From Vulcanimicrobiota bacterium (GTDB lineage: Bacteria; Vulcanimicrobiota; Vulcanimicrobiia; Vulcanimicrobiales; Vulcanimicrobiaceae): a stretch of 35,789 bases of DNA. The stretch covers positions 1 through 35,789 of the forward strand of contig JACRUB010000039.1 of assembly GCA_014305015.1 (NCBI GenBank), written 5' to 3'. A program made the position numbers and the translations under genes. Shown piece by piece: positions 1 to 7,937 of the stretch (positions are counted from its first letter, which is position 1; each line of letters opens with the position of its first letter). The notes beneath the pieces are model-generated. The model searched no databases. It was not told the DNA's origin and saw only the letters and a list, made by a program, of their open reading frames with translations.

Positions 1-92
1 ATGCCGAGCAACGTCAAGAAGACCGGCCCGATCGCGAGCGGCCAGTTAAAACTTCGCAGCCAGCGGCGGCCGGCAAACGACAGAGTCGCCAT
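1..92 (-). CDS. 5' end of a membrane-protein gene leaving the window (RodA/FtsW-like SEDS N-terminus?)
   Basis: Minus-strand ATG at 92..90 reads MATLSFAGRRWLRSFNWPLAIGPVFLTLLG..., a basic stretch followed by the start of a TM helix. It lies 12 nt downstream of the minE stop, a position where rodA follows minCDE in some bacteria. Only about 30 codons are visible. Confidence 0.3.
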   Translation of the reverse strand, partial: MATLSFAGRRWLRSFNWPLAIGPVFLTLLG

Positions 93-104
93 GCCGGCTT
101 TGTT

Positions 105-464
105 CTACGAGGCGGGTGCTGGATTACTCGTTGCGGTTGGACGTTTCCGGCGGCGGCGCGGCCTTTTCGGCGCATCGCCTCCCCCGGGATGCGTGGGCGT
201 CTCGACTTTGGGCGGATGCATCGAGAGGATCGGAACGTTTGCCATCATTGCAATTGCGCTGTCGTGCTGCTCGAAATTGACCTCGATCTTGGTGCGATCG
301 ACCTCCACATAGCGGGAGAGCACTTCGATGAGTTCCGCCTTGAGCTTATCGACGAGCTCGGGAGCAAGCGATAAGTGATCCGAAAGGAGAACTAAGCGCA
401 GCCGTTCTTTAGCCGTCGCACTCGAGGTCTGTTTCCCGAAGAGGCGATTAAATAAATCGATCAT
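105..464 (-). CDS. minE: Cell division topological specificity factor MinE, with an atypical Pro/Arg-rich C-terminal tail
   Basis: N-terminal amphipathic membrane-targeting helix MIDLFNRLFGK. This is followed by KERLRLVLLSDHLSLAPELVDKLKAELIEVLSRYVEV, the MinE anti-MinCD/beta-hairpin region. The ATG directly abuts the stop of the upstream minD (0-nt gap). Confidence 0.9.
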   Translation of the reverse strand: MIDLFNRLFGKQTSSATAKERLRLVLLSDHLSLAPELVDKLKAELIEVLSRYVEVDRTKIEVNFEQHDSAIAMMANVPILSMHPPKVETPTHPGGGDAPKRPRRRRKRPTATSNPAPAS

Positions 465-1313
465 TTAGCGGCGCCCTCCGAAGAACGATCCGAGTTTAGC
501 CATGAATCCTTGAGCCTCCAGCTCGACCGTGGGCGCCGGAACGTTTTCGCCTGCAACCCTGGCGGCAATTGCGCGATAGGCGGCGCCGGTTTTTGAATCC
601 GCTCGCAGAGCGACCGGTTCGCCCTTGTTGGTTGAGATGATGACGTCCGGCTCATCCGCAATGACGCCCAGCAGCGGCAGGCGCAGAATCGAGTTGACGT
701 CTTCCACCGAGAGCATTTTGCCCTTTTGCACCAGCAGCGGACGGACGCGATTGATGATGAGCTGCGGCCGGAACTTGTTTCCCAGCAAGCCGACGACGCG
801 GTCGACGTCGCGAACGGCGGAGACTTCCGGCGTGCAGACCACGATCGCTTCGTCCGCGCCCACGACGGCGTTCGTGAAGCCCTTTTCGATGCCGGCCGGG
901 CAATCGATCAGGACGTAGTCGAACTGCTCGCAGAGCTCTTCGATGAGCTCGCGCATGGCTTCCGTATCGACATCGTCTTTCTCGCGGCTTTGCGCGGCCG
1001 CCAGCAAGAAGAGATTCTCGGAGTGCTTATCATGCACGAGCGCTTCTTGGAGCTCGACTTTTTCTTCGAGCACATCGAGCACATGATAGCGCACGCGGCT
1101 CTCCAAGCCCAGCACGATGTCGAGATTGCGTAAACCTACATCGGCATCGACCAGCGCAACGCGCGCGCCCCGGTGCGCAAGCGCCGTTCCGAGATTAGCG
1201 GTCGTGGTGGTCTTTCCGACGCCGCCTTTGCCGGACGTGATGACGATCGCCTTGCCGCGTTTTGCCGGCGGGGATTCCGCGGCGGGTTCGGGATCGACTT
1301 TAAGCTCGTGCAT
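465..1313 (-). CDS. minD: Septum site-determining ATPase MinD, paralogue 2 (N-terminal ~20 aa Pro/acidic extension)
   Basis: Deviant Walker A ITSGKGGVGKTTT, switch I DADVGLRNLD, switch II DCPAGIE. C-terminal amphipathic membrane-targeting helix QGFMAKLGSFFGGRR. 1-nt gap to the upstream minD. Confidence 0.9.
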   Translation of the reverse strand: MHELKVDPEPAAESPPAKRGKAIVITSGKGGVGKTTTTANLGTALAHRGARVALVDADVGLRNLDIVLGLESRVRYHVLDVLEEKVELQEALVHDKHSENLFLLAAAQSREKDDVDTEAMRELIEELCEQFDYVLIDCPAGIEKGFTNAVVGADEAIVVCTPEVSAVRDVDRVVGLLGNKFRPQLIINRVRPLLVQKGKMLSVEDVNSILRLPLLGVIADEPDVIISTNKGEPVALRADSKTGAAYRAIAARVAGENVPAPTVELEAQGFMAKLGSFFGGRR

Positions 1314-1314
1314 A

Positions 1315-2085
1315 CTAGCCTGCTTTCAGTCCGCCAAGTAGGCGGTCCAAGAATCCGCGTGCCTCGAGGTTGCTAAAGGGAACAATTTCGCCTTCGATCC
1401 GCCGCGCGATTTTATCGTACATAATTGCCAAACGTTTGGTGGGATCGAGCACGATCGGTTCGCCCCGGTTGGTCGTATCGATAACTTCTTCGTCATCGGG
1501 GATGATACCAAGCAACTCAGCGGAAAGAATTTCGCAGACGTCATCAACTGAGAGCATGTCGCCGGAGCGTACCATTTCTGGACGGATGCGATTGATGATA
1601 AGACGAACGGGCAGTTTCTTTTCCGAGACCTTTCCAATAACGCGGTCCGCATCGCGAATAGCGCTCACTTCCGGCGTGGTAACGATGATCGCTTCATCCG
1701 CGCCGGCGATGGCATTACGAAAACCACGTTCGATTCCGGCCGGACAGTCGATCAAGACAAAGTCCGCCATCTCTGCGAGATCGGAGATAACTCTTGCGAA
1801 TTGCTCCTCGGTGACGGAATCTTTGTCGCGCGTCTGGGCCGCCGGAAGAATCTGCAGCGATTCGAAGCGCTTATCTTTGATCAGCGCTTGCTTGAGCTGG
1901 CAGCGGCCTTCCACCACCTCGACCAAATCGAAAACAATGCGTTTCTCAAGGCCGAGCACCAAATCGAGATTGCGCAGACCAATATCGGCATCCACCAGAA
2001 TTACTCGATGCCCGCGCTTGGCGAGCGCCGCGCCGACATTGACGGTGGTCGTGGTTTTGCCGACGCCGCCTTTGCCGGAAGTCAA
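1315..2085 (-). CDS. minD: Septum site-determining ATPase MinD, paralogue 1 (true start probably upstream at CTG 2106, see findings)
   Basis: LTSGKGGVGKTTT Walker A, DADIGLRNLD, DCPAGIE. C-terminal amphipathic helix RGFLDRLLGGLKAG. The first canonical start is TTG 2085, but the in-frame upstream codons LSARKIV complete the conserved MinD beta-1 strand. Confidence 0.9.
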   Translation of the reverse strand: MTSGKGGVGKTTTTVNVGAALAKRGHRVILVDADIGLRNLDLVLGLEKRIVFDLVEVVEGRCQLKQALIKDKRFESLQILPAAQTRDKDSVTEEQFARVISDLAEMADFVLIDCPAGIERGFRNAIAGADEAIIVTTPEVSAIRDADRVIGKVSEKKLPVRLIINRIRPEMVRSGDMLSVDDVCEILSAELLGIIPDDEEVIDTTNRGEPIVLDPTKRLAIMYDKIARRIEGEIVPFSNLEARGFLDRLLGGLKAG

Positions 2086-2102
2086 GACGATTTTTCGTGC
2101 GC

Positions 2103-2927
2103 TCAGTGGACGCCCTCCCTGGAGAGTTGTTGTGCTTGATCGTGCGCGACAATGGTGATGCGGCCGTCAATGACGCACGCAACCTCCGGTGCGGCGCCCG
2201 TCTTTTTGCTGGCATCGTCAGCCGCGATAAACGTTGCGATTCGTAATTGCGTCGCCGCCAGTTCCAATGCGTACACACGCGCCGCCGCGTCACCTTGCGC
2301 GCCGGCATGCGCAACACCGCGCAGCGATCCGAACACGACGATGTCGCCGCTCGCAACGAGTTCCGAGCCGGGATTGACGTCCCCAACCACGACGAGATTG
2401 CCGACGTGATGCAGCGACTGGCCGCCGCGCACCGTGCCGACATGGTACATCGTCGTCACGACCGCGCTCTCGAGGACGGTGACGGGCGCTGCCGCGCTGC
2501 TAGCTGGGGCGGTAATGGTCACACCGGCCGGCGCCGGAGGGGTGAATTGCCTGATTGGGGCCGCCGTTCGACGGGCAGCGAGATCGGCCCGTGCCCCGGC
2601 GAAATCTGCCGCGAGAGAACGAGCGGCATCGGAAAGTTCGATTTCGCGCCGGGGCCGGTTCGCGCGCCGGCGGGCCAGCTCTTCGCCCGGAATAACCGCA
2701 GTCCGAACGCCGGCCAGGGTAACGCCGGCAACCTCGAGGACCGCTCGCAGCTGGGCCAATTCTTCTTCGGCGGGGCCCGTTTGTCCGAAAACCGCAGTGG
2801 CCGTTGAGCCGTTGTAGAAGGTAGCCCGTTCTTCGAGGCGCGCCCGCAATTCCAAAAGCGCCTCGTCGAAGGCGCGATCGGCAAACATGAGTTCCAGACC
2901 CCGGCCTTTTCCACGCACCACGCTCAT
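2103..2927 (-). CDS. minC: Septum site-determining protein MinC
   Basis: C-terminal MinC beta-helix signature VRGGQSLHHVGNLVVVGDVNPGSELVASGDIVVFGSLRGVAHAGAQGD...LELAATQLRIA. Start placed at ATG 2927: MSVVRGKGRGLEL matches the beginning of MinC N-domains and AAGGAAG lies upstream. The ORF stays open up to GTG 3101, so the start is uncertain. Confidence 0.8.
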   Translation of the reverse strand: MSVVRGKGRGLELMFADRAFDEALLELRARLEERATFYNGSTATAVFGQTGPAEEELAQLRAVLEVAGVTLAGVRTAVIPGEELARRRANRPRREIELSDAARSLAADFAGARADLAARRTAAPIRQFTPPAPAGVTITAPASSAAAPVTVLESAVVTTMYHVGTVRGGQSLHHVGNLVVVGDVNPGSELVASGDIVVFGSLRGVAHAGAQGDAAARVYALELAATQLRIATFIAADDASKKTGAAPEVACVIDGRITIVAHDQAQQLSREGVH

Positions 2928-3142
2928 ACGAAGAAGCGCTTCCTTCTTAAAAGAGGCATTGCCATGCGGCGTTCCAGAGTACAGCGGGACACCCTCCGCC
3001 ATCCACAATCCCCTCACAAGTTCTTTTAGATTATCCACACAAAATTCACACAGCCCGTGGGTAACGGTACCACCTTTCCGGACGTTGTCTCTCATACGCA
3101 CTTTCTACTCGACATTGGCCCGCTGCAGCGGGTAAGGACTAG

Positions 3143-5188
3143 ATGAAGATGTTCCGTCGCTTGCTACCCCTTGCGCTCATCCTTGCATTTATCAGTGCCA
3201 GCATCCCGGCACCCGCGCTCGCGCTTTCTACCGAAAGCGAGATTTCGATGGGCGAATCCGCGGATATGGACATCGTCCAGGGCACCGAAGTCGAGACCGA
3301 TCCCCTGCTCAACAAATGGGTCAAGGGAATCTCGGACCGTCTCTTCCAACAGACGGCCCGCAAAGACGTGCCATACAACGTAAAAATTCTCAATACAAGC
3401 GACGTCAATGCTTTCTCAACCATGGGCGGCTTCATGTACATCAATGAAGGCGCGCTCGATTTTGCGCAGTCCGACGATGAAGTCGCCGGCGTACTCGGCC
3501 ATGAGACCGGTCATATCGAACGCCGTCACGCGGTAACGATGCAAGCGAAATCCCAGGGCATCAGTTTGTTGCTCGGAATCGTCTCGCTCTTCTCTCCGTT
3601 CGTGTATCGCTTCGGCCAGCTGATGCAGGCGGGCATCATGGCCAAATTGTCGCGCGTGGATGAGCTTCAAGCCGATCAATATGCGGTTCTCCTGATGTCG
3701 CGCGCAGGTTACGATCCCGAAGCGATGGTCTCATTCATGTCGCATCTGGGGCAGCTCGATAAATCGCGGCCGGACTTGCTTACAAAATATTTGGCGGATC
3801 ACCCAGAACCGGCTAAGCGTCTCGGGCACATTATGGGATACGAACAACTCGACCCAAAGAAAGTCTCGACGCAAACGCTGCTTGTTGAAGGCGTTCATGA
3901 TTTCGATGAGGCGCGCTATAACGTCGCCGCCATGAAGCTCAATCGCGTTCTCAAAGCCGATCCTGGGAATGCGCAAGCCTTGCTCGATCTCGGTCAGGCG
4001 CAACTCGCGCTCGGTCAAGTCGGCAAGAGCGAACAGTCGCTGGCGGAAGCCGCGCAAAAAGGCAACGCGCAAACGCGCGATCTTGCCCTTGCGCGCATGA
4101 CCTCACTGCGTGCAATGGAGAAACATCGCGTCAGCCTTACGCATCCAAATCTGCAGCCGCTGCGCGCGCAGATCTCGCAAGCGCAATCAAACCTCGATAA
4201 CGCTGCTGCAGAAATTTCAAACCGGCGCGATGCTGCTCGCGATCAGCTTAAAAACATGGGTGACCGCCTGCAGGCAGTCACGTATGAGATTCCCGATTTT
4301 AGCCGCATGAACATTCGCCAGGGCACGCGCCTTGCGGCAGTGGTAAAAAATCTGGAGAGCATGGCGCGTTCGATTGATTCCGCACTCGATCACAACGGCG
4401 TCGTGATTAAAGATACAGGCTCGCTCGAGCGCAATAAAGAGGGGGGCGTGCTCGCCGAAGGCGCGGCCATCCTGCATGAATTGCAAGCCCCGCTCAATCA
4501 AACGCCCCTCACCCCCGATGCACTCGCGCTGCTCCCCTCCTATCCACGAATGATCTCCGAACTCAATGCAAGCAACGGCGATCTCCTTCGCGGCGTCGAC
4601 GCGAGCCGCGCATCGCTGCAAATGGCCGATCTATCGCTCGGCGACTTGGATGCGTTCCTCAAACAGCTCTCGCGCGTAAACACCGACTTCATGGGCGACA
4701 TTACGGTCGTTGATTACAACGCACTCGTGCCGCTCATGCAGAAGGCCAGCGACTCGCTTGCAAAATCGGCGATCGCAGCATCGCAGGCACAGCAGCTCTT
4801 CAACATGGCTCGTTCACGACAGCTCGAGACGCGCGTTACGATGCTTGGTCTCGGCGATTCGCCGCAACGCTATGCGACGCTGCAAAATGCACTGAACGCG
4901 CGCGTCGGCATGACCGGGATCGACTATGCGGCTATGCTGCACGCCGGCCTCACACCGGGTGAGGTCGCAGCCGCCACGATCATCGCGGCGGACACGAATA
5001 CAACCCCAGGCGCCATCATTCAGGAAGCCGCCGCTTCCGGCCGCACCGTTACCGATATCGCGAACCGCCGCGGAATGCACGCCGAGGCGCTTGAGATCTT
5101 CATGGGGTTGGTATATCTGGACTACACGGACGATCCCGCCAAAGAAAACAGCGCGCCCGTGCAACAAGGAACCAATACCAACGTATAA
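3143..5188 (+). CDS. Secreted M48-family Zn-metallopeptidase with TPR-like repeats (BepA-like) and a long uncharacterised C-terminal region
   Basis: Signal peptide MKMFRRLLPLALILAFISASIPAPALA. M48 core NAFSTMGGFMYINEG...VAGVLGHETGHIERRH (HExxH). TPR-like segment ARYNVAAMKLNRVLKADPGNAQALLDLGQAQLALGQVGKSEQSLAEAAQKG. AAGGA Shine-Dalgarno 5 nt before the ATG. Confidence 0.85.
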   Translation: MKMFRRLLPLALILAFISASIPAPALALSTESEISMGESADMDIVQGTEVETDPLLNKWVKGISDRLFQQTARKDVPYNVKILNTSDVNAFSTMGGFMYINEGALDFAQSDDEVAGVLGHETGHIERRHAVTMQAKSQGISLLLGIVSLFSPFVYRFGQLMQAGIMAKLSRVDELQADQYAVLLMSRAGYDPEAMVSFMSHLGQLDKSRPDLLTKYLADHPEPAKRLGHIMGYEQLDPKKVSTQTLLVEGVHDFDEARYNVAAMKLNRVLKADPGNAQALLDLGQAQLALGQVGKSEQSLAEAAQKGNAQTRDLALARMTSLRAMEKHRVSLTHPNLQPLRAQISQAQSNLDNAAAEISNRRDAARDQLKNMGDRLQAVTYEIPDFSRMNIRQGTRLAAVVKNLESMARSIDSALDHNGVVIKDTGSLERNKEGGVLAEGAAILHELQAPLNQTPLTPDALALLPSYPRMISELNASNGDLLRGVDASRASLQMADLSLGDLDAFLKQLSRVNTDFMGDITVVDYNALVPLMQKASDSLAKSAIAASQAQQLFNMARSRQLETRVTMLGLGDSPQRYATLQNALNARVGMTGIDYAAMLHAGLTPGEVAAATIIAADTNTTPGAIIQEAAASGRTVTDIANRRGMHAEALEIFMGLVYLDYTDDPAKENSAPVQQGTNTNV

Positions 5189-5210
5189 CTAGCGAGTAGG
5201 AGGCCAGAAC

Positions 5211-6206
5211 ATGGCAGCGACGATGGGTGCGGCGGGCGATCTCTTTCGCCTTGTCCGAAAGGGTATCGATGTGCGCGCGGTCCAGGCGCACACGCGCAAA
5301 CCGTTCCGCTTTCTGCTCTGCGGTGACCCCGCGTACGTCGCAGACCTGCGTTCGCTGCTGCTCGCGGGGCACGAAGGCGGCGGCATCCCGATGGAAGCCG
5401 CCGCAACGCTCGAGACCATTAGCACGCAATTTACAACAGAACTACAAACCGGCGAAGCTCGCTGCATTATCTTCCTCGGACGCCGCGGCGATGTGAACTC
5501 GCAAGCGCTCACGACGCTCAAAGCCGCACGCCTCCCGATTTTCGCACTGACCATTGACGAGAGCGCGCAGCCAAGCGGCCCGGCTTCGCCGCCGGTCCCC
5601 GGCACATGGGCCGAATACACCGTGGCTGCCGTTTCTCGAGAAGCACTCAAAGGGCGCTTCTTTCCGCATCTGATTGAAGTCTGCAAAGGCGTGGAGATTG
5701 CGGTCGGACGAAACTTGCCCGCACTGCGCGAAACGGTCGCTGCAAAACTCACGCGCGATGCGGCAAACAATGCACTCAAAGTTGCGCTGGCAAGCGCCCT
5801 CGTCGATCACATCCCGGTCATCGGCATCGTGCTCGGCGCGCTTGCCTCCGCGGGTGATACCGTTGCAATTACGGGCATTCAGATGATGCTGCTTTTGCAC
5901 ATTGAAGCCGCGTACGGAAAAGACCCAGATGTGCAGCGCATGTGGCAACTCTTACCGGTCCTCGGCGGCGGATTCGGATGGCGCATGCTCGCGCGCGAAC
6001 TCTCAGGTTTCATTCCGGTTGCGGGTATCGGGATCAAAGGCGCGATTGCGTATGCCGGAACGATTGTTGTCGGCGAAGGTGTGACGTTCTACTACGAGCA
6101 CGGCCGCCACATGAGCAAGGGCCAAGCCGCCACGATCTACGAGCGCACAAAGAACGACGCGATGACGTTCGCGCGCGACCTCATCGACAAATTTAAAAAG
6201 CGCTAG
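5211..6206 (+). CDS. Hypothetical protein with a C-terminal DUF697-like membrane-associated domain
   Basis: AGGAGG SD upstream. C-terminal half DHIPVIGIVLGALASAGDTVAITGIQMMLLLHIEAAYGKDP...FIPVAGIGIKGAIAYAGTIVVGE resembles the DUF697/YcjF-type domain. The N-terminal half (FRFLLCGDPAY...CIIFLGRRGD) looks like a Rossmann/G-domain-like fold lacking a P-loop. Confidence 0.5.
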   Translation: MAATMGAAGDLFRLVRKGIDVRAVQAHTRKPFRFLLCGDPAYVADLRSLLLAGHEGGGIPMEAAATLETISTQFTTELQTGEARCIIFLGRRGDVNSQALTTLKAARLPIFALTIDESAQPSGPASPPVPGTWAEYTVAAVSREALKGRFFPHLIEVCKGVEIAVGRNLPALRETVAAKLTRDAANNALKVALASALVDHIPVIGIVLGALASAGDTVAITGIQMMLLLHIEAAYGKDPDVQRMWQLLPVLGGGFGWRMLARELSGFIPVAGIGIKGAIAYAGTIVVGEGVTFYYEHGRHMSKGQAATIYERTKNDAMTFARDLIDKFKKR

Positions 6207-6209
6207 TCT

Positions 6210-6971
6210 CTACAAAAAACCTTCAACACGCTCGATGAGCGTTTCGTCGTCCAGTCCCGCGAAATCAGCGCTCACTTTGGGGCGAACGATGTCCGCAATT
6301 TGCTGCGCAAGCGCAGTGCGGCGTTCCGGCAAGAGACCGGCACGGCGATCTATGAAACGTGCGATGAGTGCGCGCTCGTCTTCGCTCAGGCGCAGCAACG
6401 GACGGACGCCGGCGGCCACCGGAAGTTCGGGAAGCGCGCTGTGTGAATCGCGCACCACGATTGTCCCCGCCGCATAGTCGCCTAAGCGTTTATTTTCCAC
6501 CGACAGCAGCGACGAAATCGCGCTCATAAGATAGAAACCAACGCCAAACTCAAGCGTCCGGATCAAATTTCGAATGAGCGCGTTCATGAAATCAAGCGGA
6601 TAGCCGCCGTCGCGTACAACGCGTATGCCCAGCATGCGTTTTCCTGGCGTTTGACCGTTCCACGCAGCCTCGAACGCAATAAAGTAGCCGAAAAAAATCA
6701 GGAAGACAATGCAAATGAGGATTGCATAGCCGAGCGAGAGCGCTGCTCGTTCTTCGCTTGAAGAGAGCGCCGGTGTTTTCGGAGCATGGGCCGCAATCGC
6801 GACAATTCCCCAGAAAATCAACGAGACGAGAATCAACTGGATAATCAGATCCACTAAGACAGCAAGAAAGCGGCTGCCCAAACCGGCGAGCTCGTAAGAA
6901 AACGCGATGCTTTCAGGTGTACGAATAGCAACCGTGCGGTCCATCGTCTTGCAAAGTGCGGTGGCGAACAC
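6210..6971 (-). CDS. RDD-family membrane protein
   Basis: RDD-domain layout: GLGSRFLAVLVDLIIQLILV (TM1), a second TM pair, then WNGQTPGKRMLGIRVVRDGGYPL. C-terminal soluble tail. Confidence 0.8.
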   Translation of the reverse strand: MFATALCKTMDRTVAIRTPESIAFSYELAGLGSRFLAVLVDLIIQLILVSLIFWGIVAIAAHAPKTPALSSSEERAALSLGYAILICIVFLIFFGYFIAFEAAWNGQTPGKRMLGIRVVRDGGYPLDFMNALIRNLIRTLEFGVGFYLMSAISSLLSVENKRLGDYAAGTIVVRDSHSALPELPVAAGVRPLLRLSEDERALIARFIDRRAGLLPERRTALAQQIADIVRPKVSADFAGLDDETLIERVEGFL

Positions 6972-7035
6972 AGGTTATCCTCGCGTAAGGCTGGGTAAGT
7001 CCTACATCCAGCTTTTCATGAGGAGTGATGCTAGC

Positions 7036-7509
7036 GTGACCACAATGGATCAGGTTAAGACTCAAGCACAAGAACAAGCCGGTGAACTCGCAGGGCGCGC
7101 AAAAGGCGTCATCATCGGGCAAATCGATCAGCGCTCAACGGAATTCGGCGACACGATTGTTACCCACGCGACGAATATGAGACAGCTCAGTGATTCACTT
7201 CGCACACAGGGTCAAGACTCGACCGCAAAGCTGGCCGACACGGCTGCCGACCGGCTCGAACAGCTCGGTTACTATCTCACGGAAACCGACGGCGAGCGGA
7301 TCGTTGCCGATGCAGAACGCTTAGCGCGGCGGCAACCATTACTGACGCTCGGTGTCGGACTGCTTGCCGGCGTTATCGCTGCGCGCCTACTTAAGGCAAG
7401 CGCTACGGAGCGGTACCAATATTACAGCGCGCGGCCCACGGGCGATGCATTCAATCAATCTTCTTACCAGAATTCCTACGGCCGTAACGCCGCGTACTAC
7501 GAGGACTAA
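7036..7509 (+). CDS. Small tail-anchored membrane protein, DUF883/ElaB-YqjD-like
   Basis: Helical, charged N-region and a C-terminal anchor motif RRQPLLTLGVGLLAGVIAARLLK, similar to the ElaB/YqjD xNPlxxxGxAxxxGxxxGxLL tail. Start ambiguous: GTG 7036 has AGGAG 10 nt upstream. In-frame ATGs also occur at 7018 and 7045. Confidence 0.5.
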   Translation: MTTMDQVKTQAQEQAGELAGRAKGVIIGQIDQRSTEFGDTIVTHATNMRQLSDSLRTQGQDSTAKLADTAADRLEQLGYYLTETDGERIVADAERLARRQPLLTLGVGLLAGVIAARLLKASATERYQYYSARPTGDAFNQSSYQNSYGRNAAYYED

Positions 7510-7511
7510 AG

Positions 7512-7937
7512 ATGGATCACGACTATTCGACCGATGGCGATCTGCGCGAGCGCCCGATCGGCGAACTCATGAAACGCCTCGGCGAAGACTTGAACCTATT
7601 GATCCGTCAGGAGCTGGCCCTTGCCAAAGCCGAGATTATCGAGAAAAGTAAAATCGCGGGCGCCGGTGCCGGCATGTTCAGCGGCGCTGCCATTGTAGGC
7701 TTGCTTGCACTCGGGGCCTTTACCGCATTTTTGATTTTGGCGCTCTCAACGCAAATGCACGCGTGGCTTGCTGCCCTGATCGTCACAATCGTGTACGGCG
7801 CCGTCGCCGGGATTCTCGCGATGACGGGCAAGAAAAAAATCGAAGAAGCCGGGCCGCTCTACCCAGAACAAACCGCAAACACTGTGAAGGAGGATGTACA
7901 ATGGGCAAAGACCCGGATCAAATCCGCAGGGAGATAG
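7512..7937 (+). CDS. Holin-X / DUF1469 (YqjE-like) family two-TM membrane protein
   Basis: RPIGELMKRLGEDLNLLIRQELALAKAEIIEK followed by two TM helices (AGMFSGAAIVGLLALGAFTAFLILAL; WLAALIVTIVYGAVAGILAM) and a KKK tail. GAGGA SD before the ATG. Confidence 0.65.
   Translation: MDHDYSTDGDLRERPIGELMKRLGEDLNLLIRQELALAKAEIIEKSKIAGAGAGMFSGAAIVGLLALGAFTAFLILALSTQMHAWLAALIVTIVYGAVAGILAMTGKKKIEEAGPLYPEQTANTVKEDVQWAKTRIKSAGR

Noticed and set aside
1-312. 103-aa plus-strand ORF at the window start.
   Set aside because: It is antisense to minE and to the putative downstream membrane-protein gene, with low-complexity Arg/Gly-rich content.
1370-2158. Long antisense or alternative-frame ORFs across well-supported genes. 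Examples: 1370..2158 (+, 262 aa) over minD; 17945..18700 (+, 251 aa) over dnaX; 13804..14496 (+, 230 aa); 25030..25737 (+, 235 aa); 29304..30044 (+, 246 aa); 28580..29155 (+); 10103..10657 (+); 13876..14616 (-).
   Set aside because: Their translations are Arg/Ser/Ala/Pro-rich low-complexity strings without motifs. This is typical of stop-codon-poor shadow frames in GC-rich DNA. The opposite or other frame carries clear family signatures.
2928-3101. 58-aa N-terminal extension of MinC (MRMRDNVRKGGTVTHGLCEFCVDNL...).
   Set aside because: MinC homology begins at MSVVRGKGRGLEL (ATG 2927) and the extension has no counterpart in MinC proteins I know. It cannot be excluded without orthologue alignment, so it is noted as start uncertainty only.
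7763-7900. Upstream extension of the DUF3618 gene (MACCPDRHNRVRRRRRDSRDD...).
   Set aside because: It lies in an alternative frame of the holin-X-like gene and is Arg-rich. A strong GAAGGAGGA SD precedes ATG 7901, where DUF3618 homology starts.
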